Positions 14,599-23,359 are shown, numbered from the stretch's first letter. The stretch is DNA of 32,000 bases from Gemmata obscuriglobus (GCF_008065095.1 NZ_CP042911.1:360001-392000), one strand, 5' to 3'. Notes: generated by a model not told the origin, from the sequence alone. Made by a program: numbers and translations.

Positions 14599-14672
14599 AT
14601 TTTGACAGGATCAACAGGATTTTAAATCGGTCGGTCTTCGATCCGGTGAATCCTGTCGATCCTGTCAAGAAT
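14599..14672. repeat. Family-2 composite palindrome (GACAGGAT 9-mers), copy A
   Basis: The left arm is attttgacaggatcaacaggatttt (14599-14623). The right arm is gaatcctgtcgatcctgtcaagaat (14648-14672). The 22-nt core ttgacaggatc[a/g]acaggatt has one mismatch. Confidence 0.85.
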
Positions 14673-14944
14673 CTGTGTTCGTGAACACGAAGCCCGTGGG
14701 GGCTGGACGAAGCCGCGACCACCGTTTCTTCTTCTTCAAGCAATCAGCGCTGTTGTTACGTGAACGGTTCCCGCACGGTGCCCGTCGCACGAATCGCCGT
14801 TGCTCAAGAGTGACCCTGCGAATGGTAAGCTGTGCCGGTTGTTCCGCGACACAGGGCCGTCGGCACATTTGGAACAACCCATTCGCGACACGCACGGCTG
14901 CCGCACGGTCGATACCCCTCCCGTCACCACCGCGAGGGAACGCA

Positions 14945-15268
14945 ATGGCCACCTTTTACGTTCTTCCGCCCCGTGAGTGCCTCGAACGGGCCGTCACGGA
15001 CCTGTTCGCGAAGCTGCTCCCGGGGCTGCCCCTGCCCGTCGACGCGTGGGGCCTGCTCGCGGACCAGCTCGGCGCCGCCGGCGGGTGGGAGCCGGACGTG
15101 TTCCTGGTGCCGCGCGACGAGCTGGCCGACGGCGACACCGCCGGCGCCCTGACCGACGGGTACGGGGCCGAGGCCGGTGACCGCGTCGTCGAAGTGAGCC
15201 TCGCGCGGCCGTCGCGCGCGTGGGCACTGCAACAGGCCGACGTTTCCGGCGCCGCGGTCGCGCGATAA
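14945..15268 (+). CDS. Hypothetical protein (107 aa)
   Basis: The internal ATG at 14945 of ORF 14675..15268 gives MATFYVLPPRECLERAVTDLFAKLLPGLPLP..., with GC-rich third positions. The upstream part of the ORF crosses repeat DNA. I recognise no family. Confidence 0.55.
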   Translation: MATFYVLPPRECLERAVTDLFAKLLPGLPLPVDAWGLLADQLGAAGGWEPDVFLVPRDELADGDTAGALTDGYGAEAGDRVVEVSLARPSRAWALQQADVSGAAVAR

Positions 15269-15325
15269 GATGTTGCCGTCACGGGCCGATTCCCGGCCCG
15301 CCTGCGCACACTGACAAATCCACCC

Positions 15326-15874
15326 ATGAACGACCCCCACGACAGCAACGACGACTGGGACGAGCTGGCCCGGGAGTTCGCGCTCGACAAGCCCGCGACC
15401 GAAGGGCCGGACGAACCGGCCGCCCTTGAGGGCGAGAGCGCGGAACTCGCGCCGGAGGCCGCCGAGGCCGAAACCGACACCGAGTTCGAGGACGCGGAAG
15501 AGGCCGCCGGTGAGCCCGGGGCCGAAGGGGACGCGGCCACCGGCACCGGGCGCAAGCGCCGCCGCCGCCGCCGCCGCCGCCGCAAGGGCGGCGCCCCGGG
15601 CGACTCCGCGGTGGTCGCCGGCGCGAGCGAGGACGGGGCCGAAGAAGCCGAAGCGTCCGACGAGGCGGCGGAGGCCGAACCGGTCGCGGCCGCCGACCAC
15701 GACGCCCCGACACGCGACGATGAGAGCGACGACGAGGCGGACGAGTTCAACTCGGAACCGGCCCCGCTGACCGCCGAAGAGGACACCGCCAGCGATGTGC
15801 TCCGCGAGCTGATCGCCACCTGGAACGTGCCGTCCTGGGACAGCATCGTCGGCGGTCTCTACCGCCCGAATTAG
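15326..15874 (+). CDS. Acidic, probably disordered protein with an internal poly-Arg tract
   Basis: 182 aa. Long D/E/A-rich stretches are interrupted by GRKRRRRRRRRRKGG. The termini look ordered (MNDPHDSNDDWDELAREFAL... and ...VLRELIATWNVPSWDSIVGGLYRPN). Confidence 0.65.
   Translation: MNDPHDSNDDWDELAREFALDKPATEGPDEPAALEGESAELAPEAAEAETDTEFEDAEEAAGEPGAEGDAATGTGRKRRRRRRRRRKGGAPGDSAVVAGASEDGAEEAEASDEAAEAEPVAAADHDAPTRDDESDDEADEFNSEPAPLTAEEDTASDVLRELIATWNVPSWDSIVGGLYRPN
15557..15583 (+). repeat. (CGC)9 trinucleotide tract
   Basis: Nine uninterrupted CGC codons encode the poly-Arg run. AAG (Lys) codons flank it at 15554-15556 and 15584-15586. Confidence 0.95.
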
Positions 15875-15988
15875 GACTTCCGGCTAAAAGTCGTCAGGTC
15901 CGCAAGTCGTAATGTCACGAACCATTATTATCACTGGATTTGTGACTTTGCGACTTTCGATGATCGGGCTTTTGACCCGAAGTCCTTA
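15871..15988. repeat. Composite palindrome, type 4 (AAGTCG sub-repeats)
   Basis: The left half is ttaggacttccggctaaaagtcgtcaggtccgcaagtcgtaatgtcac. The reverse complement of the right half is ctaaggacttcgggtcaaaagcccgatcatcgaaagtcgcaaagtcac. Matching blocks are aggacttc, (c/t)(t/c)aaaag, aagtcg and gtcac. It begins at the stop codon (15872-15874) of the acidic protein gene. Confidence 0.6.
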
Positions 15989-16081
15989 GTCAGCCCCAGA
16001 CTCCGGGTTCCCGGCGCCGGGTTAAAGGCCCGGCGGCCGTTGCGGGACCCGGAAACCAGGAACGTGGAACCAGGTGAAGCC

Positions 16082-16537
16082 ATGGCGGACGCGATCATCG
16101 ACGTGGTGGGCGTGGAAGAGCTGCCGCTCATCGTCGAGCTGTACAACCAGATCTTCCGGCCCACGAAGACCATCGAAGCGTTCCGCCGCCGGTACCTGGG
16201 GCGGCACAACGTGCTGCAACTGGTCGCGCGGGTGAAGGACAAGCCGGCGGGCTTCTTCCTCGGGTTCGAGCTGAAGCCCGACGTGTTCTTCGCCTGGTTC
16301 TACGGCGTGGTGCCGGACGGCCGCCGCATGGGGATCGGGTCGCAACTCATGGAGGCGGCGCAGAGCTGGGCCGCGCAGCACGCGTACGAGTCGATCCGGC
16401 TGGAGTGCCACAACGCGCACCGCCCGATGCTCCACCTCGCCATCGAACTCGGGTACGACATCATAGGCCTCCGCTGGGACGCCGACCGCGGCGACAACCT
16501 CATCATGTTCGAGAAGAACCTGACCGGCGGGCGCTGA
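16082..16537 (+). CDS. GNAT-family N-acetyltransferase
   Basis: I prefer the ATG at 16082 to the TTG at 16040. 151 aa. The acetyl-CoA-binding motif R-x-x-G-x-G appears in DGRRMGIGSQLMEAAQSWA. The overall layout is GNAT-like. Confidence 0.85.
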   Translation: MADAIIDVVGVEELPLIVELYNQIFRPTKTIEAFRRRYLGRHNVLQLVARVKDKPAGFFLGFELKPDVFFAWFYGVVPDGRRMGIGSQLMEAAQSWAAQHAYESIRLECHNAHRPMLHLAIELGYDIIGLRWDADRGDNLIMFEKNLTGGR

Positions 16538-16538
16538 T

Positions 16539-16652
16539 CGGAAATGTGGGGTGCGGAATTCGGCATGCAGAAGTGAGCACCGGCGAGCCGAACCGATTCC
16601 TGTCTCTCATTCCCTGTCTGTTTTCGTTCCGAATTCCGCACTCCGCACTCCC
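16539..16652. repeat. Family-1 composite palindrome, copy C (degenerate)
   Basis: The left part ..gtggggtgcggaattcggcatgcagaag.. pairs with the right part ..cgttccgaattccgcactccgcactcc. The core gtgcggaattcgg is shared. The loop contains gagccgaacc (compare gcgaacc in copies A and B). It fills the GNAT-glgC gap and ends 11 nt before the glgC ATG. Confidence 0.7.
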
Positions 16653-16663
16653 TCGGGTGTTTC

Positions 16664-17926
16664 ATGCGCGGCGTTGTGACCGTCATCCTGGCCGGCGGGC
16701 GCGGGACCCGGCTCGAACCGCTCACCCGGGACCGCGCGAAGCCCGCGGTCCCGTTCGGCGGCCTGTACCGCATCATCGACTTCACGCTCTCGAACTGCAT
16801 CAACAGCGGGCTGCGCCGCATCCTGGTGCTGACGCAGTTCAAGTCCCGCAGCCTGGACCGCCACATCCGCTACGGGTGGGGGTTCCTGAGTTCCGAGATG
16901 GGCGAGCTGGTGGAGGTGCTCCCGCCGCAGCAGCGGATCGACGAGACGTGGTACAAGGGGACCGCGGACGCGATCTACCAGAACATTTACTCGCTGGAGC
17001 GCGAGAACGTCGAGCACGTGCTGATCCTGGCCGGGGACCACATCTACAAGATGGACTACGGCCACATGATCCGCGCGCACGTGGACCGCGGCGCGGACGT
17101 GACCATCGGGTGCATCCCGGTCCCGCTCGACGAGGTGCGGCACTTCGGGATCATGCAGACGGCGGCGGACGACCGCGTCGTGAACTTCCTGGAGAAGCCG
17201 AAGACCGCCCCCCCGATGCCCGGGGACGCGCACCACGCGCTGGGGTCCATGGGCATTTACGTGTTCAAGACGCGGCTGCTGTTCGAGCTGCTGTGCCAGG
17301 ACGCGGCCAAGCCCGACAGCGACCACGACTTCGGCAAGAACATCATCCCGCAGATGATCGCCAGCGGGCAGAAGGTGCTCGCGCACCGGTTCCTGGACCA
17401 GAACCGCAAGGCGGTCCCGTACTGGCGCGACGTGGGCACCCTGGACGCCTACTACCAGGCGAACATGGACCTGGTCAACGTGGAGCCGGTGCTGAACCTG
17501 TACGACGCCACGTGGCCCATCCGCACGCACCAGCCCCAGCTCCCGCCGCCGAAGTTCGTGTTCACCGGCGAGGGCGCGGCCGGGCACGCGCGCCGCGGCG
17601 AGGCGCTCGACAGCGTCGTGTGCGCCGGCTCGATCGTCTCCGGCGGGCACGTGCGGCGCAGCATCCTCTCCCCGCGGGTGCGGGTGAACAGCTACGCCGT
17701 GGTGGAGGACTCCATCCTGCTCGACGGGGTGGACGTGGGCCGGTACTGCCGCATCCGCAAGGCGATCATCGACAAGGACGTGAAGCTCCCGCCGTACACG
17801 GTGCTCGGGTACGACCCCGAGTTCGACCGGAAGCGCGGGTTCACCGTGACCGACACCGGCGTGGTGGTGGTGCCGAAGAACGAGCCGCCCGAAACGTTCC
17901 AGGCCCCGAACCCGCTCCCGAACTGA
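16664..17926 (+). CDS. glgC: Glucose-1-phosphate adenylyltransferase
   Basis: 420 aa. VILAGGRGTRLEPLTRDRAKPAVPFGGLYRIIDFTLSNCINSG is the ADP-glucose pyrophosphorylase N-terminal signature. The C-terminal half is left-handed beta-helix-like. Confidence 0.96.
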   Translation: MRGVVTVILAGGRGTRLEPLTRDRAKPAVPFGGLYRIIDFTLSNCINSGLRRILVLTQFKSRSLDRHIRYGWGFLSSEMGELVEVLPPQQRIDETWYKGTADAIYQNIYSLERENVEHVLILAGDHIYKMDYGHMIRAHVDRGADVTIGCIPVPLDEVRHFGIMQTAADDRVVNFLEKPKTAPPMPGDAHHALGSMGIYVFKTRLLFELLCQDAAKPDSDHDFGKNIIPQMIASGQKVLAHRFLDQNRKAVPYWRDVGTLDAYYQANMDLVNVEPVLNLYDATWPIRTHQPQLPPPKFVFTGEGAAGHARRGEALDSVVCAGSIVSGGHVRRSILSPRVRVNSYAVVEDSILLDGVDVGRYCRIRKAIIDKDVKLPPYTVLGYDPEFDRKRGFTVTDTGVVVVPKNEPPETFQAPNPLPN

Positions 17927-17946
17927 TACATGAACCCACCTGCGGG

Positions 17947-18007
17947 GCCGCCTTCTTGACGAGCCATTAACCGCCAGGGAGCGGTCGCGGCTCGTCAAGA
18001 AGGCGGC
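17947..18007. terminator. Perfect 19-bp hairpin between convergent genes
   Basis: gccgccttcttgacgagcc (17947-17965) and ggctcgtcaagaaggcggc (17989-18007) are exact reverse complements with a 23-nt loop. It lies between the glgC stop (17926) and the stop of the membrane protein gene (18079). Confidence 0.6.
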
Positions 18008-18078
18008 AATATTATCGGGTACGTGTATGAGGCGCCCCGCGCCCCGAGCGCGGCATCGTTTGCCCGGTCGGGGCACGG

Positions 18079-19959
18079 TCAGGCCGCGGGGCGCGGTTCG
18101 GCCGGCGTTGGAAGGGGCGCGAGCGCCGCGGCACCCCCAGCCGCCGGCCGGCGGAGCCGGTTGGCGAGCGGCGCGCACGCCACGATCAGCCCCCACCCCA
18201 CAAGCACCCCGTCGGCCGCCTGGCTCAGCACGCGCCACTTGCGCGGCGGGGTGAAGGCGTACTCGACCGTGTGCTCGCCGGCCGGCACGGGCACGGCGAC
18301 CCGCAGCGCCGCCGGACCGGTCGCGTACCGCGGGTCCTCCCAGACCCGCAGCTCCCACTCCGGCACGGGCGCGCCGTCCACACGGAACGTGCTCCAGCGG
18401 AACGGCACCGCCTGCGTGCCGGCGTAACCGGCGGCGGCGAAGGTGGTGCGCACCGGCCCCACCTCCCCCCACCGCTCTCCGGTGCCCACCGGGAACGCCA
18501 CGGCGTGGACCCGTGCGGTCTCGTCCGCCCGCAACGCGGACACGCAGTTCGGAGTAAAGTACGCCCAGCCCGCACCACAGTGGGTCGTTTCGATCCACCG
18601 CACGCGCGTCGCGCTGGCGTGCTCGGCCGACGTCTGTTTCCAGCCCGCGGCCCTCCCGTTCACGGACTTTTGCACCAACCCGCACGCCGCCAGGGTGAAC
18701 AGTACGGCGAGCGCCACCGCCCCCCCCGCCCACTCGTTCTGGGGCGCGGCCCCCGGGGCGGCGGCCCGGAACGCCAGCCCCAAGAGCAACAAGATCAGGA
18801 ACGCGATGTTGACGGTCGCGACCAGCCGGTACGCGAACTGGACCTTCCCGACGAGCGCCCGAGCCGCGGCGGGGAGCGCCGCATTAAGCTCGGGGCTGAC
18901 GGACAGCGCGAACACGAACAGCCCGAACAGCGCCACCGCGCCGGCGCCGGCGGCGAGGCGCCGGCGCGCGTGAGGGGCGGTGCGGTACGCGGACACCAGG
19001 GCCAGAACCGCCAGCCCCAAGAGGGGCAGGCTGACCTGCGTGTCGAGGTGAGGCGTCCCCAGGGCCGGGGCTCCCGGGGTCAGGTGGTTGTAGTCGAACG
19101 GGAGCGGGAACAGGCGGACCCAGACGAGCGTCCGGGCCGTTAAGCCGAGGTAGTCGGAATCCCCAGGCCCCCCGGCGGAGATCACGATTTGCGACCCGAG
19201 CCGGTGGTACGCGTACAGCCACGGGGCCAGCACCGCACACGTCAGCGCCGCCGCCGCCAGGACCGGCACGTGCCGCCGAACGAGGCCGCCGCGGCGCGCC
19301 GCCGGCACGCTCCAGTGCGCCACATAAATCAGCCCGACAACGGGAACGCTCAGCAACCCGGTGATCGGGTGGGTGGCCGCGGCCAGTGCGAGGCACAGAC
19401 CGGCCGCCAGTGCGGCCGGCCACCGCACCGCCGCGCCGGGGCGGAAAAAGAACTGCGCCCACAAGCAACAGGAGCAGGTGAGCATCGCGTTCGCGAAGAA
19501 CTCGGGCAACGCGGTGCGGCTGTACACGTTGGTGAGGCCGTAAGTGGCCCAGCAGACGGAGCAGGCGGTCGCCGTGGCGAACCACACCCCGGCCCCGAAC
19601 GCGCGCGCCGTTTGGCGGACCACCGGGTACGTGACCCCCAGGCTGAGCAAGACGATCAGCCGGAGGGCCACATGGCACCCCCACTGCGCGCTCAGCAGCC
19701 CGCCGAGCTTGTACAGCGGGCCGCCGTAGAAGACGGGGAGCGGCGTACCGACCTCGGGGGCCGAGTTGAACACGGGGGCGAACGACCGGGTCGCCTTCCA
19801 CGCCTCGCCCTGGTACCCCACCATCCAGGCGTGAACGTAATAATCCGTCCCGAAGCCGAGCGCCGGATCCCAGAGGACCAGCACCGGCGCGGACACCGCC
19901 ACGGCCCCGACAACAAGCGCGAGCACCGCCCGCCGCACGTTTGCCCGCCGTGATTCCAT
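18079..19959 (-). CDS. Polytopic membrane protein with a C-terminal extracytoplasmic domain (family not recognised; GT-C-like layout)
   Basis: I prefer the start at the internal ATG (cat 19957-19959; MESRRANVRRAVLALVVG...). The alternative start is 20016. About 12 hydrophobic segments span the first ~420 aa. A ~200-aa soluble tail follows, then a final hydrophobic segment (VLVGWGLIVACAPLA). Confidence 0.7.
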   Translation of the reverse strand: MESRRANVRRAVLALVVGAVAVSAPVLVLWDPALGFGTDYYVHAWMVGYQGEAWKATRSFAPVFNSAPEVGTPLPVFYGGPLYKLGGLLSAQWGCHVALRLIVLLSLGVTYPVVRQTARAFGAGVWFATATACSVCWATYGLTNVYSRTALPEFFANAMLTCSCCLWAQFFFRPGAAVRWPAALAAGLCLALAAATHPITGLLSVPVVGLIYVAHWSVPAARRGGLVRRHVPVLAAAALTCAVLAPWLYAYHRLGSQIVISAGGPGDSDYLGLTARTLVWVRLFPLPFDYNHLTPGAPALGTPHLDTQVSLPLLGLAVLALVSAYRTAPHARRRLAAGAGAVALFGLFVFALSVSPELNAALPAAARALVGKVQFAYRLVATVNIAFLILLLLGLAFRAAAPGAAPQNEWAGGAVALAVLFTLAACGLVQKSVNGRAAGWKQTSAEHASATRVRWIETTHCGAGWAYFTPNCVSALRADETARVHAVAFPVGTGERWGEVGPVRTTFAAAGYAGTQAVPFRWSTFRVDGAPVPEWELRVWEDPRYATGPAALRVAVPVPAGEHTVEYAFTPPRKWRVLSQAADGVLVGWGLIVACAPLANRLRRPAAGGAAALAPLPTPAEPRPAA

Positions 19960-20053
19960 TGAGAGCCTCCGCACCGCTTGCAGAAATCGGATAGAACGAG
20001 CGAACCGGAATACCATACGCCGGTGGGCCGGGGTACTCCAATTTCCGAGCCCG

Positions 20054-20563
20054 TTACCGCATCCGTTCCCACAGCAGCAGCGACGTGATGGTTTTGGCGT
20101 CGCGGATGGTCCCGTTCAGGCACATCTGAACCGCTTCGTCCAGTTTCACGACCACCGGCTCCAGTTGCTCGTCGGGCTCGGGCCGGGCCGCGCCCGGGGT
20201 GAGGTCTTCCGCGACGAACAGGTGCAGCTTCTCGTCCATCACGCCCGGGGACGCGTAGATGTAGCCCAGGCCCCGCCACTTCGCGGCCCGGTACCCGGTC
20301 TCCTCGATCAGCTCGCGCTTCGCGCACGCTTCGAGCGGTTCGTTGGGCTCCACCGTACCCGCCGGAAGCTCCCAGAGCGTGTCGCCGATCACGAACCGGT
20401 AGTTGCGCAGGAGCACCACGCGCTCCGCGTCGAGCACCGGGAGGATGACGACGGCGCCCGGGTGCCGGATCGCGTCCCGGCGGATGGTCTGGCCGTTTGC
20501 GGTGGTGAGGGTGTCGACTTCCACACGGATCCGGCGCCCGACGTGTACCACTTCGACCGACAT
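20054..20563 (-). CDS. NUDIX hydrolase (ADP-ribose pyrophosphatase-like)
   Basis: 169 aa. The NUDIX box GX5EX7REUXEEXGU is present as GTVEPNEPLEACAKRELIEETGY. Confidence 0.9.
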   Translation of the reverse strand: MSVEVVHVGRRIRVEVDTLTTANGQTIRRDAIRHPGAVVILPVLDAERVVLLRNYRFVIGDTLWELPAGTVEPNEPLEACAKRELIEETGYRAAKWRGLGYIYASPGVMDEKLHLFVAEDLTPGAARPEPDEQLEPVVVKLDEAVQMCLNGTIRDAKTITSLLLWERMR

Positions 20564-20666
20564 AAGCCAAGCCCCCGGTGCCCGCGGAATTGCGACTCGC
20601 TGTTCGTGGTGGTAGATTATCGATTGTCCGCCGACAAACCGTTCGCGGCGAGCGAGTGAGCGTGCG

Positions 20667-21869
20667 ATGCGCGATCCGATGAGTTGGTCGATCCCGGCGT
20701 TCCGGGCGTTCGGCGTGCAGGTCCGAGTTCACATCTTGTTTTTCCTCGTCGCGCTCAGCCTGTTCGGGCGGCAGATGTTCCTGCTCCAGTACGACGGCGT
20801 GTCGTGGGTGGACAAGTTCCTGCTCACGGTGGTGGTGCTGTTCGTGACCGTGCTGCTGCACGAGTACGGGCACTGCTTCGGGGCGCGGTACGTCGGCGGG
20901 GACGCGCGCGAGATCCTGATCTGGCCCCTCGGCGGCCTGGCCTACACCGAGGTCCCGCACCGGTGGAAGGCGCTGTTCATCACGGTCGCGGCCGGGCCGG
21001 CGGTGAACGTGGTGCTGTGCGTGGCGTGCGCCGCGGCGCTGGCGGCGGCCGGGTTCTCCCCCAGCCTCACGTTCGACGACCCGTACAATGTGCAGTTGAG
21101 CAACCGGGACGGCCGCACGTACACCAGCCCGTCGCGGGTGAAGCTGTACAAGCCGGGCACGGCGGCCGAAGAGCCGACCAAGAAAGAGTTCGACACGAAA
21201 CTGGCCGAGTACAAGGCGCGGCACGGCACCGACGGGCTCCCGAAGCCGACCGACACCGCGAAGTACGCCGACGCGGCGGCGGAGATGGGGTTCGAGCGGG
21301 CGGTGACGCCGACGTGGGCGGTGTGGGCGTACCGCGTTTTCTTCGTGAGCTGGGGGCTGCTCCTGTTTAACCTGCTGCCCGCGTACCCGCTGGACGGCGG
21401 GAAACTGCTCCAGGCGGTGGTGTGGGCGCGAACCGACCACCGCCGCGGGGTTGTCGTTGCCTCGTACACCGGGATGGTGTTCGCGGTGCTGCTCATGGTC
21501 GTCGCGTTCACGGCCAACGAATCGCTGCTAGTCGGGCTGGCCCTGTTCATGCTGTTCGAGGCCTACCGGGCCTTGCAGCAGCTCGACGCCGAGGAGGGGC
21601 CGTTCGGGTACGACTTCTCGGCCGGGTACACGAGCCTGGAGCGGGACGACGAGCCGCCGCCCGAGCCGAAGCGCCCGGGGCTCATCACCCGCTGGCGCGA
21701 GGCGCGGCGGGCGCGCAAGACCGCCGCCGCGACCGAGGCCAAGCAGCGCGACGACGCGCGCATGGACCAGATCCTGGAGAAGATCGCCCGGAGCGGCCAG
21801 GGGTCGCTGACCGACGAAGAGCGCCAGTTCCTGCGCCGGGTCAGCGACCGGAAACGGAACACCTCGTGA
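20667..21869 (+). CDS. Site-2 protease family (peptidase M50) membrane metalloprotease
   Basis: 400 aa. HExxH appears in a TM helix (LLHEYGHCF). The second M50 motif is NLLPAYPLDGGKLL. A charged C-terminal tail follows. Confidence 0.88.
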   Translation: MRDPMSWSIPAFRAFGVQVRVHILFFLVALSLFGRQMFLLQYDGVSWVDKFLLTVVVLFVTVLLHEYGHCFGARYVGGDAREILIWPLGGLAYTEVPHRWKALFITVAAGPAVNVVLCVACAAALAAAGFSPSLTFDDPYNVQLSNRDGRTYTSPSRVKLYKPGTAAEEPTKKEFDTKLAEYKARHGTDGLPKPTDTAKYADAAAEMGFERAVTPTWAVWAYRVFFVSWGLLLFNLLPAYPLDGGKLLQAVVWARTDHRRGVVVASYTGMVFAVLLMVVAFTANESLLVGLALFMLFEAYRALQQLDAEEGPFGYDFSAGYTSLERDDEPPPEPKRPGLITRWREARRARKTAAATEAKQRDDARMDQILEKIARSGQGSLTDEERQFLRRVSDRKRNTS

Positions 21870-21976
21870 CGTGGGTCGGAGGTCCGAAGGTCAACCGTCG
21901 TAAAGTCGAAGACTTCCGCGGCTCTGCTCTTCGCCCCGACGGCTGTTGGCCTTGAGACTTGGGAACGGGAGAAGAG

Positions 21977-23329
21977 ATGTCCGCAGAAAAGGCGCCCGCG
22001 CTCATCACGCCGCGCACGCTGTCGGGGTTCCGGGACTACCTGCCGGCGGTCATGCTGGCCCGCGAGGAGGTGCTGCGCCGCGCCCGCGAGGTGTACCGCT
22101 CCTACGGCTTCACGCCCATCGACACCCCCGCGTGCGAGTCGCTCGACGTGCTGCTCGGCAAGGGCGGCGACGAGTCCGACAAGCTCGTGTACCGCGTCCT
22201 CAGCGCCCGCGGCGACAAGGCCGAGATGGGGCTGCGGTTCGACCTCACGGTGCCGTTCGCGCGGTTCAGCGCCCAGTACATCAACGAGCTGGGCACGCCG
22301 TTCAAGCGGTACGCGATGGGGCCGGTGTGGCGCGGCGAGCGCCCGGGGCAGGGCCGGTACCGTGAGTTCTGGCAGTGCGACTTCGACACCATCGGCACCA
22401 CCTCCAACGCCGCCGACATCGAGGCCGCGCTGGTCATCAACGACCTGTTCACCGCGCTCCAGTTCGACCGGTTCGAGATCCGCATCAACAACCGGATGGT
22501 GCTGAACGGGCTGCTCGAATCGCTCGGCATCGCGGACAAGGCCGCCCCGGTCCTGCGGTCGCTCGACAAGCTGCTGAAGATCGGCCGCGAGAAGGTGGCT
22601 GAGGAGATGGTGCGCGAGGCCGGGATCACGCCCGAGCAGGCGAATCGCGTGCTCATGATGACCGACCTGACCGGCCCGAACGAGCAACTGCTGACCGACC
22701 TCGAAGCGTGGTTCGGGGGCGCGAACGAGAAGGCCACCGCGGGCATTCGCTGTCTGCGTGAGCTGCTGACGGTTGCAAAAGCGGCCGGCGTGGCCGAGGG
22801 GCGCATCAAGATCGACCTGAGCATCTGCCGCGGGCTCGATTACTACACCGGGACCATTTACGAGACCTTCCTGACCGACCTCCCGGGGATCGGGAGCGTG
22901 TGCAGCGGCGGTCGGTACGACAACCTCGCGAGCAAGTACACGAAGCAGGTGCTCCCGGGCGTGGGAGCATCGCTCGGGGTCGACCGGCTCATCGCCGCGA
23001 TGGAGGAGCTGAAGCACCCGCTCCTCACCGGCGCGACCACGCCGGCGCAAGTGCTGGTGGTCAACTTCGACGCCGCCCGGCTGGGCGACTACCAGCGCAT
23101 CGCCCGCGCCCTCCGCGCCGCCGGGGTGAGCGTCGAGGTGTTCCCCGACGCCAAGAAGGTCGGCGTGCAGCTCGGGTACGCCGAGAAGCGCGGGTTCAAG
23201 CTCGCGGTGATCGCCGGCCCCGCGGAGTTCGAGCAGGGCGTGTGGAAGGTCAAGGATCTGGCGAAACGCGAAGAGAAGACGATTGTTGAAGCGGAGGTCG
23301 TCGGCGCGGTACAATCTGCGGTCGGGTGA
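21977..23329 (+). CDS. hisS: Histidine--tRNA ligase
   Basis: I prefer the ATG at 21977, after the purine-rich gggaacgggagaagag, to the TTG at 21959. PRTLSGFRDYLP, KLVYRV, LRFDLTVPFARF, REFWQCDFD and GGRYDNL are class IIa HisRS motifs. A C-terminal anticodon-binding domain is present. Confidence 0.96.
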   Translation: MSAEKAPALITPRTLSGFRDYLPAVMLAREEVLRRAREVYRSYGFTPIDTPACESLDVLLGKGGDESDKLVYRVLSARGDKAEMGLRFDLTVPFARFSAQYINELGTPFKRYAMGPVWRGERPGQGRYREFWQCDFDTIGTTSNAADIEAALVINDLFTALQFDRFEIRINNRMVLNGLLESLGIADKAAPVLRSLDKLLKIGREKVAEEMVREAGITPEQANRVLMMTDLTGPNEQLLTDLEAWFGGANEKATAGIRCLRELLTVAKAAGVAEGRIKIDLSICRGLDYYTGTIYETFLTDLPGIGSVCSGGRYDNLASKYTKQVLPGVGASLGVDRLIAAMEELKHPLLTGATTPAQVLVVNFDAARLGDYQRIARALRAAGVSVEVFPDAKKVGVQLGYAEKRGFKLAVIAGPAEFEQGVWKVKDLAKREEKTIVEAEVVGAVQSAVG

Positions 23330-23359
23330 CAGCGCTCGTTCGGCGCGGAGGCCCAATTC

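Noticed and set aside
15891-15903. gtcaggtccg resembles part of the conserved SRP (4.5S) RNA domain IV sequence.
   Set aside because: Only about 10 nt match. The flanking GGAA/AGCA symmetric-loop motifs and the pairing partner are absent. The segment is better explained as part of the type-4 palindrome.
21870-21976. The hisS upstream region shows roughly 8-nt periodicity (cggaggtc cgaaggtc aaccgtcg taaagtcg aagacttc) and a small aagtc-gaa-gactt hairpin. I considered it as a T-box-like leader or a half copy of the type-4 element.
   Set aside because: There is no specifier or T-box sequence or antiterminator architecture. Similarity to 15871-15988 is limited to short AAGTCG/GGTCAA strings and could be chance. 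It is too weak to call.
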